A stretch of 64,000 bases of DNA from Vulcanimicrobiota bacterium. GTDB taxonomy: Bacteria; Vulcanimicrobiota; Vulcanimicrobiia; Eremiobacterales; Eremiobacteraceae. Of this stretch, positions 1 through 9,375 are shown one piece after another. The first letter of the stretch is position 1; every line of letters begins with the position of its first letter. The translations under genes were made by a program, and so were the position numbers. Under the pieces are notes generated by a model. The model saw nothing but the letters and a program-made list of their open reading frames with translations. It had not been told where the DNA came from and ran no database searches. The DNA lies in the NCBI GenBank assembly GCA_963805945.1, contig CAWDVP010000004.1, positions 32,001-96,000 on the forward strand, in the 5' to 3' direction.

Positions 1-678
1 ATCATCATCGAACCCGTCCAGGGCCGCGGCGGTGACGTGCCGGCGCCGTTCGACTGGCTTCTCGAGCTGCGCGAGCTGTGCGATCGCCGCAAGCTCCTGC
101 TCATCGCAGACGAGGTCTACACCGGCTTCGGCCGGACCGGCCGCTGGTTCGCCTGCGAGCACGCCGGCATCGTGCCGGATCTACTGTGCGTCGGCAAAGG
201 CATGGCGTCCGGCTTTCCGATCTCCGCCTGCATCGGCCGCGCCGAGGTCATGGACGCCTGGCCGCGTTCCTCCGGCGAGGCGATCCACACGAGCACCTTC
301 CTCGGTCACCCGACCGGCTGCGCCGCGGCGCTCGCCTCGATCGCGGAGCTGGAGCGGCTCGGCCTCGTGCAACGCGCGGCGACGCTCTCCGGCGATGTCG
401 GCGAGATGCTTGCGCGGCTCGCCGAGAAGGTCGGTCCTGCCGTCGGCGACGTGCGCGGGCTCGGACTCATGTGGGGCATCGAGTTGGTGCACGAGGACGG
501 CTCGCCGGATCAGCCGCGTGCCGCCGCGGCCGTCAATGGCGCGTTGCGCCGCGGCGTGGTCGTGCTCGCCGGCGGCCCCGACAGCAACGTCTTGGCCCTG
601 TCGCCGCCGCTCGTGATCAGCCGCGAGCAGCTCGAATTCGGCGTCGATGTGCTCGCTGCGGCGCTCGCGGATGTGTGA
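1..678 (+). CDS. Class III PLP aminotransferase (GabT/ArgD-like), 5' truncated by window edge
   Basis: Motifs IIEPVQG, LIADEVYTGFGRTG, PDLLCVGK, HTSTF, VRGLGLMWG. Confidence 0.9.
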   Translation: MIIEPVQGRGGDVPAPFDWLLELRELCDRRKLLLIADEVYTGFGRTGRWFACEHAGIVPDLLCVGKGMASGFPISACIGRAEVMDAWPRSSGEAIHTSTFLGHPTGCAAALASIAELERLGLVQRAATLSGDVGEMLARLAEKVGPAVGDVRGLGLMWGIELVHEDGSPDQPRAAAAVNGALRRGVVVLAGGPDSNVLALSPPLVISREQLEFGVDVLAAALADV

Positions 679-697
679 AGATCATCGCGAATGCGCG

Positions 698-748
698 TTA
701 TGCACAACTCTTCCACAACAAAGTTTTTCAAACCGCCGCTTATCCACA
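698..748 (+). promoter_or_regulatory. Cluster of DnaA-box-like 9-mers
   Basis: TTATCCACA (perfect) 740-748, TTATGCACA 698-706, TCTTCCACA 709-717; same orientation, AT-rich intergenic DNA. Confidence 0.5.
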
Positions 749-778
749 ATTTAATGGCAAAACGAACAGTCGTTCCGC

Positions 779-807
779 TTGTGCTGATTAAGGCCTGATT
801 GTATACT
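779..807 (+). promoter_or_regulatory. Sigma-70/sigma-A type promoter
   Basis: TTGTGC (779-784), 17-nt spacer, TATACT (802-807). Confidence 0.65.
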
Positions 808-813
808 GCCACT

Positions 814-1067
814 ACACCGACCGCGGTGCCGGGGAAGCGAAGCAACAACGGATGGTGCGAGTGCAATCGCACAGAGCTGAGCGCCTCGGGAATGGTACCC
901 CTGCCGTTGGGGACTAGGCTTCCAGCCCAGTGATGGCCCTGGGGATCGCGTCCCAGTAAAGCCAAAGTAAGCGAACCGGCAACGGCCGTTGACCAGTTCG
1001 AAAATGAGGCTTCCGCGCCATCGACCAGACCAGTTACGACCGGGCTCACGCCCGGTCGTTACTGTTT
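814..1067 (+). ncRNA. Unassigned structured RNA (stand-alone sRNA, 6S-like RNA or leader RNA)
   Basis: Lies between a promoter and a terminal hairpin; five nested long-range helices between 851 and 1022; no credible ORF. Confidence 0.55.
1031..1067 (+). terminator. Terminator-like hairpin
   Basis: CAGTTACGACCGGGC-TCAC-GCCCGGTCGTTACTG followed by a short T run. Confidence 0.55.
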
Positions 1068-1074
1068 CCGGGGT

Positions 1075-2394
1075 ATGACATCGGCCCGGCTCTCGCGAAG
1101 AACTGCCGACGTGTCCTCGTCGCTGCAAGAGACCGCCGCTCCGTACGAAGCGCTCATCGAGCAACCCACCCCCCACGCCCGCGCGCGCTACGGCGCGTTC
1201 GCCTACCGCGAGTTCCGCCTGTTGTGGTTCGGCCTGCTCGTGTCCAATACGGGCGGCTGGATGGCCATTCTCGCCCAGGGCTGGCTCGTCGTCGAGCTGG
1301 CGCCCAACGCGGCCCTCGCCTCGCTATACCTCGGCCTGGTGGGCTTTGCGCGCGCGGTGCCCGTCTTCGCGCTTTCAGGCGTCGCAGGGGCGCTCGCCGA
1401 CCGCGTCGATCGCCGCCGTCTCCTCGCGGTCAGCCAGGCCGTGCTCGCGTTGCTCACCCTCGCACTCGGCATGCTCGCGCACACCGGCGCGGTGCGCGTG
1501 TGGCACGTGCTCGTCATCGCAGCCTGCTCGGCCGCCGCGAGCTCGTTCGAGGCGCCGACGCGGCAGTCGCTCGTCTCGATCCTGGTGGGTAAGCGCGAGC
1601 TGATGAACGCGATCGGGCTCAACTCCGCGGCCTTTAACGCCCCCGCGATCGTCGGACCGGCGCTCGGCGGCATCGTGGTGAGCGAGTACGGCGCAGCGAC
1701 GTGCTTCTTCATCAACGCCGCCTCGTACGCGGCGGTGCTGGCGGCCGTGCTGCTCATGAAGCCGAAACCAGCCCTCGGGCCACCGCCAGAGCACGACATC
1801 TGGCATGACGTCATCGAAGGCTTCCTTTATGTACGGGCCAACACGCTGATCTTCGCGGTGCTCGGACTAGGCGCGCTCCAGGCGCTCGTCGCCCGGCCCT
1901 ACATGCAGCTGCTGCCGGCGTTCTCGAAGTCGGTGCTCGGGGGCAATGCTCGGGAGCTGGGCATCCTCATGGCCGTGGCGGGCGCCGGAGCGCTCGCAGG
2001 CTCGATCATCACCGCGTTCCTCGGCGCCCGCCAGCCGCGCGGGCCGCTCTTGCTCGGCACCGCGGCCGCATCGGGCCTTTTCCTCGCCCTGCTCGCTTTC
2101 ACCAAGACGATGTGGCCTGCGGCGATCGCGCTGCTATGTCTCGGCACCGTCGCCATGCTGTTCTTGGGCACGGCGAACACGATCTTGCAGACGCACACGC
2201 CGATGGCGATGCGCGGGCGCGTCATGTCGATCTACACGATGATCTTCTTGGGCTTCATGCCGCTAGGCTCGTGGCTGCTCGGCTCGATCGCCAGCGTCAC
2301 CTCGCTGCCGGTGGCGTTCGCGCTCGGCGGCGCCGTGTTGATCGCCGGCGTGGCGATCACCGCGCGGCGCGCCGACGTCCGCGCCCTGACCTAA
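1075..2394 (+). CDS. MFS transporter (DHA3/EntS-like)
   Basis: About 12 hydrophobic segments, motif A GALADRVDRRRLL, TPxxMRGRV. Confidence 0.9.
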   Translation: MTSARLSRRTADVSSSLQETAAPYEALIEQPTPHARARYGAFAYREFRLLWFGLLVSNTGGWMAILAQGWLVVELAPNAALASLYLGLVGFARAVPVFALSGVAGALADRVDRRRLLAVSQAVLALLTLALGMLAHTGAVRVWHVLVIAACSAAASSFEAPTRQSLVSILVGKRELMNAIGLNSAAFNAPAIVGPALGGIVVSEYGAATCFFINAASYAAVLAAVLLMKPKPALGPPPEHDIWHDVIEGFLYVRANTLIFAVLGLGALQALVARPYMQLLPAFSKSVLGGNARELGILMAVAGAGALAGSIITAFLGARQPRGPLLLGTAAASGLFLALLAFTKTMWPAAIALLCLGTVAMLFLGTANTILQTHTPMAMRGRVMSIYTMIFLGFMPLGSWLLGSIASVTSLPVAFALGGAVLIAGVAITARRADVRALT

Positions 2395-2426
2395 AAGAAA
2401 AACGGCGCCGCGTGTGCGGCGCCGTT
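2393..2426 (-). terminator. Intrinsic terminator between convergent genes
   Basis: AACGGCGCCGC-GTGT-GCGGCGCCGTT with an A-tract on the left (U-tail on the minus strand). Confidence 0.75.
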
Positions 2427-2446
2427 CGTGATGTCTGGCCTTGTCC

Positions 2447-3432
2447 TTAGCCGTTCTGGTCGGGCACCACGATCACAGCCGAAGGACCGTGCGCCGGCAC
2501 GCGTGGTGCTACGCTCGGCGCGTCGACCACGAAGAAGTTGGTGTCCGTTCCTGGGCCGATGGCAAAGGAGTCGTCGCCGAATTGGGTCGGGCTATGGTTG
2601 GTGTTGCTCACGCATGCAGCGTTGCGCGGATCATCGGCCGTAATCGAAGGAAGCGAGGGAACCGCCGCGTTCGGCGGTCCTGCCGCTGCGTTGACTCTCG
2701 GGGATGATCGCGGCTCCTACATAGGCGCCAAAGCAGAAGGTCCCGGTCGTGCTCGACTTCAGCAAGAAGTTGGTCTTCCAGCTCGTCGTCACTTTGCCGG
2801 GCGTACCCACGGTGATTCCCGTGCCGATGGCAGTCCCTGCGTTCGTGCCGTCGCCGCATAGCGCCGGCGCGGGGCACGAATACCAGAAGTCGAGCGTGCC
2901 CGCGTTCGGCGATGCGTTGAGGACGCTCACCGCGCGGATGCCGACCGGCGTCTGATAGACCGGCATGGTGAAGATGCCGAACGTCGTCGTGTGATACGCG
3001 GCGTCGCCTTCCGCGACGACCGTGATCTTCTGACCGGCCGCCACGGTGACGATCTGATCGAGGAACGTCGGGCTGCAGCGTGCCGTGCTGCACGAGTTTG
3101 ATATCATGCGGTCCGACCGGCAGCTCGATGTACGGCGTGACCGGTACCGCGGGGCCGCCGGAGACGAACGGCACTGACGCCGCGTACGGGTACGCGAAAT
3201 TGAGGATCGCGAGCTTGTTGTCGATATACAGGTCGGTGTTGTTCACGAGCAGGTTCAGGTTCGGCGAGCCTTGGACGAATTGAACCCGCGCCGAGCCGCC
3301 TGGAAAGCCGATGGGTTGGCCGAACGGACCCGATGCCGGCACCGGAGTCTGGCTGCTGACACAGGACGCCAAAGTTACCCCGGCCACCAACGCAGCGCCG
3401 ACTGCGGCAAAACGTGAGAAGCTCATCCGCAT
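2447..3432 (-). CDS. DUF4397-like lipoprotein (2 apparent frameshifts)
   Basis: Lipobox LASC; repeated DUF4397-like segments ARVQFVQGSP and VSVLNASPNAGTLD; joined from ORFs 2608..3579 and 2631..3107. Confidence 0.6.
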
Positions 3433-3559
3433 AGAGGTCCTTTCCCCGAACGTGCGTGAGGAGTTCGCAAACGCGCCTTTGCGACGGTTGTACCGGGCCG
3501 TGTTTCGACCAGAAGGGGGGTGTCCCTTCCCCCGCCGCGCGACCTGTCGGACGGGCGGT

Positions 3560-5133
3560 TTAGGCCGGGGGCGCCTCAAGCCGCTTTTTCACGGCTTGCA
3601 GAAAATGGGACGCGACGGCGCCGTCCAAAACCCGGTGGTCGAGGCATAAGCAGAGGTTCATGATGTGCCGGATGACGATGGCCTCGCCCACCACCCACGG
3701 CCTGCGGACGATCGCTTCCATGGTGATGATGGCGGCCTGCGGCGGGTTGATGATGGGCACGGAGGCGATGCTGCCGAGGCTGCCGGTGTTATCCACAGTG
3801 ATGGTGCCGTCGGTGAGATCGTCCAGCACGAGCTTGCGGGTGCGCGCCTTTGAGACCAGATCGTTGATGCTGGCGGCGAGCCCGGCCAGGCTGTAGCGGT
3901 CGGCGTCCCTGACCACGGGCACGACGAGCCCTTCTTCGACGTCGATGGCGACGCCGATGTTGATGTGGCGCCGCTGGATGATGGAATCGCCGGCCCACGT
4001 CGCGTTGACCATCGGGTATTCGCGGATGGCGCCGCATACCGCTTGGATGACGAGCGGCAGGAAGGTCAGCGCCACGCCTTCGCGCGCCTTGAACGCCTCC
4101 TTCTCTTTGTTGCGCCACTCGACGAGACCGGTGACGTCGGCTTCCACCATAGACCAGGCGTGCGGAATCGTCGTCTTCGACAGCACCATGCGTTCGGCGA
4201 TCGTCTTGCGCATCTGCGAGAGCCGGATGACGGTGTCGTCGGGTCCGGGCGGTGCGATCGGCAATGGTTGAATCGTTGAAGCGGCGACTTTTATCGGCGC
4301 GGGCGCTGGCGCGCTCGGCGCAGGCGCGCTCGGCGCGGTGACGCTCGGCGCGTGCGGCTGCCGGCAGGCGCGACGACGGGAGCCGCGCTCGCGGCCGGCA
4401 CGATGGCCGGCGCCGGTTCGGCGGCCGGCTTTTTCGCAGGCGGCGCCGTCGCAGGCGGCGTTGCGGCTGCGGATTGCATCGCTGCCGGCGCGGCTGCAGC
4501 TGCTTTGGGAGCCGTGCCGGATTCGACGTGCGCGACGACGTCGCGCGCGGTGAGCCGTCCGCCGCGTCCGGATCCGGAGAGCCCAGCGAGATCGATATGA
4601 TGCATGCGCGCGAGCCGGCGGACCGCCGGCGAATAGCGCGCGCCGTTGCCGCCCGCCTGTGAATCTGCTTCGGCGGCCGGCGCGGCGACAGGTGCGCTGG
4701 TCGGCGGCGCACTCGCGACAGGTTCCGGCGCGGCTGCGGCGACGGGTGCGGGCGCAGGCGCGGGTGAAGCAGCGGCGCCGGCGCCGGTGGGCGGCGGGTG
4801 CGGCGACCGCGGGCGCATTGCGGCGGCGGGCGCGGCGGCGACGGGAGCAGGCGCCGCGACCGGCGCGGGAGCGGGTGTGGGCTCGCTCGGCGCCTCACCG
4901 GCCGCGAGGATCTCGCACACCGGCGCGCCGACCGGCACAGTCGTGCCTTCTTGCGCCATGATCCTCGAGAGCGTGCCGGCGAACGGCGACGGGATCTCGG
5001 AAGCGACTTTGTCGGTCTCGACTTCGAGCAGCGGCTCGTACTTGGCCACCGCATCGCCGGCCTTCTTAAGCCAGCGGCCGACGGTGCCTTCCGTGACCGT
5101 CTCGCCGAGTTGCGGCATCAAGACTTGTGGCAC
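3560..5133 (-). CDS. bkdB: Dihydrolipoamide acyltransferase E2 of a 2-oxoacid dehydrogenase (frameshift near 4270-4340)
   Basis: Lipoyl domain EVETDKV, E3-binding [16 protein letters not shown], catalytic DHRVLDG. Confidence 0.9.
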
Positions 5134-5149
5134 TACGAACCCCTCGTGG

Positions 5150-6136
5150 TCAGACGGCGATCAGGTCGCGAGCGGCCGCCGCGATGCGCGCGGGGCTCGG
5201 CATGAACGCCTCTTCATATTCCTTCGCGTAGCCCATCGCAGGCACGTCCGGACCGCACAGGCGCCGGATCGGCGCATCGAGCTCGAAGAGCGCTTCTTCA
5301 GCGATGATGGCCGCGATCTCCGCGCCGACGCCGCCGAACTTATTGTCCTCGTGCACGATGAGCAGCGCCGCGTCTTGGTCGCGGTCGCGATGATCGCTTC
5401 TTTATCCATCGGCCGTATGCTGCGCAAATCGAGCACTTCTGACGTCGATGCCCTCGGCCGCCAGCGTCTCCGCCGCTTCCACCGCCATATGGCGCATGAG
5501 GCCGTAGGTGATGATCGAGAGGTCCTTGCCGGGACGGGCGATCGCGGCTTTGCCGATCGGCACCGTGAAGTCGCCGTCGCGGCACGTCGCCTTTGATGAG
5601 CCGGTAGGTCCGCTTGTGTTCGAGCACGAGCACGGGATCGTCGTCGCGGATGGCGCTCGTGAGCAGGCCTTGCGCATCTGCCGGCGTCGACGGCACGCAG
5701 ATCTTGAGGCCGGGGACGTGGTAGAACAGCGCCTCGACGCTCACCGAGTGCGACAGCGCGCCGCGAACGCCGCCGCCGTACGGCGTGCGGATCACGAGCG
5801 GACACGTGTTGCCGCCGTGGCGCTGCGATAGCGTATCTTGGCGGCCTCGCCCACGATCTGGTTGTACGCGGGATAGATGAAGTCGGCGAACTGGATCTCC
5901 GCGATGGGCCGCATGCCGGCCACCGCCGCGCCGATCGCCACGCCGACGATCGACGCCTCCGCGAGCGGCGTGTCGATGACGCGCTGCTTGCCGAACTTGT
6001 CGAGGAAGCCTTGGGTGATGAGGAAGACGTTGCCGCGCGCGCCGACGTCCTCGCCCATGATGAACACGCGCTCGTCGCGGACCATCTCGTTGTACATGGC
6101 GTCGCGCACGCCTTCGAGCACCGTCTTCGTCGGCAT
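5150..6136 (-). CDS. bkdA2: Branched-chain keto-acid dehydrogenase E1 beta (several frameshifts)
   Basis: [37 protein letters not shown]. Confidence 0.88.
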
Positions 6137-7153
6137 TACGAGAGCGGCCCCGACGCGTACACGTGCGTGTACAGGTCTGCTTCGGTCGGCGTGCGGCTGC
6201 GCCTCGGCCCAGTCGGTCGCCTCTTCGACTTCTTTCTCCATCTGCGCGCGCACGTCGGTGAAGAAGTCGTCGTCGGCGAGCCCGCGGTCGCGCAGCCATG
6301 CTTCGAACTTCGGCAATGGGTCGCGTGACTTCACCGACTCGATCTCGTCGGGCGTGCGATAGGTGAGCTGATTGTCGTCCGAGGTGTGCGACATCGCGCG
6401 ATAGCACTTGGCCTCGACCAGCGTCGGTCCGCCGCCGCTGCGCGCGCGCTCGACCGCCTCGTGCACGACCGAGTACGTCATCACCGGATCGGTGCCGTCG
6501 CAGATCATGCCTTGCATGCCGTAGCCCGCCGCGCGGTCGGCGACGTTGTGGATGGCCATCTGCATCTTCTGCGGCACCGAGATTGCGTATTCGTTGTTCT
6601 CGCACAGGAACACGCACGGCACTTTATGGATGGCGGCGAAATTGAGCGACTCGTGCCATTCGCCTTCGCTCGTCGACCCCTCGCCGAACGTGATGAGCAC
6701 GACCGCTTGCTCCTTGCGCATCTTGAACGCGAGCGCCATGCCGACGCCGTGCGGGATGTGCGCGGCGATGATGCTCGAGATGCCCGCGATGTTGCGGTCC
6801 GGCACGCAGTAGTGGTTGGGGAACTGCCGACCGCTCGAGAAGATGTCGCCTTTGCGCGCGAAGAGGCACATCAACTGCTCCTTCGCGGTGACGCCGTACG
6901 ACAGCGCCAGGCAGGTGTCGCGGTAGTACGGCACGACCCAGTCGGTGCCGGCATGCAGGGCGAACGCGGCGCCCGCTTGGACCGCCTCGTGACCCTGGCA
7001 GGTCGCGGCGAAGGGGATCTTGCCCTGGCGGTTGAGCGCGAACGCGCGGTCGTCGCACAGCCGCGTCAAGAGCATCTTGGAATACATCTCGCGCAGACGC
7101 TCGGGCGTCAATCCGTCCGGCAATGCCGCACGGATCCGAGGCTCACTCTTCAT
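6136..7153 (-). CDS. bkdA1: Branched-chain keto-acid dehydrogenase E1 alpha
   Basis: LNRQGKIPF-CQGHEA, TPP motif GEGSTSEG...ENN, HTSDD; resembles Bacillus BfmBAA; true stop probably TAA at 6136-6138 after a late frameshift. Confidence 0.88.
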
Positions 7154-7210
7154 AGGCGGGTTGGTTTCTCCCAGGCGCGGCGCTTCCCCTTACGCGCGCT
7201 TGTTTGAGAG

Positions 7211-7263
7211 TCGACCTAAAGGTCGGCCCCTACATGTCGGCCCCTATATGTCGGCCCCCACAT
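7211..7263 (-). repeat. REP family 1 copy plus tandem half-copies
   Basis: TCGACCTAAAGGTCGGCCCCTAC followed by two GTCGGCCCC(T/C)A units. Confidence 0.8.
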
Positions 7264-8684
7264 CCTCGCCGCCGGGGGATTTGCGCGCCACGCCCGATTC
7301 TGCCGCCGCGGCGGCGACCGCCTTGGCGACCGCCTCGACCACCCGCGAGTCGAACACCGATGGGATCACGTATTCCGACTGACAGTTCGTCGGGCGAGAT
7401 CACCGAGGCGACCGCGTGCGCGGCCGCGAGCTTCATCGCATCGTTGATGCAGCGCGCGCGCGAGTCGAGCGCGCCGCGGAAGACGCCGGGGAAGACGAGC
7501 AGATTGTTGATCTGGTTCGGATAGTCCGAGCGGCCGGTGCCGAGCACCGCGACGTACGGCTCGGCGAGCTCGGGCGCGATCTCGGGCAGCGGGTTCGCCA
7601 TCGCGAAGACGATCGGGTCTTTCGCCATCGAGCGGACCTCGTCGACGCTGACGATGTTCGGCTTCGACAGGCCGATGAACACGTCGGCGCCCTGCAGCAT
7701 CGCCGCCAGCGTGCCGGCCCGGCGCTGTTTGTTGCTGTGATCGGCGACCCACTGCCACATCTCGTTGCCGGGATACGCCGCGCCCGGCACGAGCGCGCCC
7801 GCGCGATCGACGCCGATCACGTCGCCCGCGCCCGCCGAGAGCAGGATCTTCGCGGTCGCGCTGCCGGCGGCGCCGACGCCGTTGATGACGATGCGCACGT
7901 CTCCGATCTTCTTGCGCACGACTTTGAGCGCGTTGAGCAACGCGGCGAGGATGATGATGGCGGTGCCGTGCTGGTCGTCGTGCATGACCGGGATGTCGAG
8001 CGCTTCGGTGAGGCGGCGCTCGATCTCGAAGCAGCGCGGCGACGCGATATCCTCGAGGTTGATGCCGCCGAACACCGGCGCGATGTTGATGACGGTCTTG
8101 ACGATCTCGTCCGGCTCGGTCGTCGCGAGGCAGATCGGGAACGCGTCCACCCCCGCGAACTGCTTGAAGAGCATCGCCTTGCCTTCCATGACCGGCAGCG
8201 CGGCGTACGGTCCGACGTCGCCGAGCCCGAGCACCGCCGTGCCGTCGGAGACGATGGCGACGGTGTTGCGTTTGATGGTAAGGCTCCACGCCTTGCCGGG
8301 ATCTTCGGCGATCGCGAGGCTCACCCGCGCGACGCCCGGCGTGTACACCCGTGACAGCACGTCGCGGTTGGTGACCGCGATCTTCGGATTGACCTCGATC
8401 TTGCCCCCGAGGTGCGCGAGGAACGTGCGATCGGTGATGTGGATGATCCGCACGCCCTCGATCTTCGCGATGTCCGCGACGACCCGGTGGAGATGATCCT
8501 CGTCGCTGACCTCGATGCTGATGTCGCGGATCGCGCGCTTCATGCCGACGCGGCTGACGTCCACCGCGCCGATGCGCGCGCCCGCATCCGCGATGGCCGC
8601 GGCGATGCGGGCGAAGGTGCCCAGCGCGGTCGGCGCCTCGATGCGCACGATCGAGGAAAAGGCGATCTTGAGCGGGCTAGCCAC
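7244..8684 (-). CDS. mae: NAD(P)-dependent malic enzyme with N-terminal ACT domain (late frameshift)
   Basis: [49 protein letters not shown]. Confidence 0.92.
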
Positions 8685-8763
8685 GTGCTCTCCTCATCTT
8701 CTTTACGTGTGCCCTTTCCGCAGCACGTAGGGGGACGCCCTTTGGGCGCGAAGCGATTGCCGC

Positions 8764-9138
8764 ATGAACGCTCCCCGCCATCTGCGCGACCCGCAGGACA
8801 CGCTCGCGCTGAGCGCCGCCGCAGGCGCGCGCGACGCCGGCACGCTCGACGCGTGCCGCCGCCTCCTGCTGCCGCTGCGCCAGGCCGATGCGGACCGGGG
8901 CAGCGACCTGGAGCGGACGCTGCGCTCGTACTACGCCTGCGGCTGCTCGGTCTCCAAGACGGCCGACGTCCTGTTCTTGCATCGCAACAGCGTCCGTTAC
9001 CGGCTCGACCGCGTGCGCGCGCTGCTCGGCGCGCAGCTCGAGCATCCCCACGTCTCCGCCGCGTTCATCGCGGCTTTCGCGATCGATGCTGCGGCGACGC
9101 AGGACGAGGAACGGCATGCGGCTGAGCGCGCGCAATAA
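8764..9138 (+). CDS. Stand-alone PucR-type C-terminal HTH protein
   Basis: LERTLRSYY...SKTADVLFLHRNSVRYRLDRV. Confidence 0.8.
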   Translation: MNAPRHLRDPQDTLALSAAAGARDAGTLDACRRLLLPLRQADADRGSDLERTLRSYYACGCSVSKTADVLFLHRNSVRYRLDRVRALLGAQLEHPHVSAAFIAAFAIDAAATQDEERHAAERAQ

Positions 9139-9319
9139 ACTGCCCGGCGTGGTCGAATCGATCGTCGCCGACGGGCTGCAGGCCAAAGTCGGCATCCGCG
9201 TCGGCGAGAACTACATCGTCGCGATCGTGACCGCCGAGGCGGTCGAGGAGCTCGAGCTCAAAGTGGGCGACGCGGTCACCGCGGTGATCAAGTCCAGCTC
9301 GGTGATGCTCGCGAAATAA
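9116..9319 (+). CDS. TOBE/Mop molybdate-binding domain protein
   Basis: MRLSARNKLPGVV...AIVTAEAVEELELKVGDAVTAVIKSSSV. Confidence 0.88.
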   Translation: MRLSARNKLPGVVESIVADGLQAKVGIRVGENYIVAIVTAEAVEELELKVGDAVTAVIKSSSVMLAK

Positions 9320-9322
9320 AAA

Positions 9323-9350
9323 GGGCCGACCTAAAGGTCGGCCCCTACAT
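9323..9350 (-). repeat. REP family 1 copy
   Basis: GGGCCGACCTAAAGGTCGGCCCCTACAT between convergent genes. Confidence 0.85.
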
Positions 9351-9375
9351 CAGCCGTCGTGATTAGCCGCCGAGA

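Noticed and set aside
690..800. oriC
   Set aside because: Only one perfect DnaA box, no dnaA/dnaN/gidA nearby, and downstream gene orientation is mostly opposite to that expected
814..1030. Assignment of the RNA to cobalamin, SAM-I, SRP or raiA families
   Set aside because: Only short word matches (GGGAA, GGCAAC, ATGGTGCG, CTTCCAGC); required core elements and spacing are missing by eye, so left unassigned pending cmscan
4330..4900. Low-complexity Ala/Pro-rich repeats
   Set aside because: Normal flexible linkers of E2 acyltransferases
5792..7153. Apparent E1 alpha-beta fusion
   Set aside because: A late indel bypasses the TAA at 6136-6138, which overlaps the E1 beta ATG
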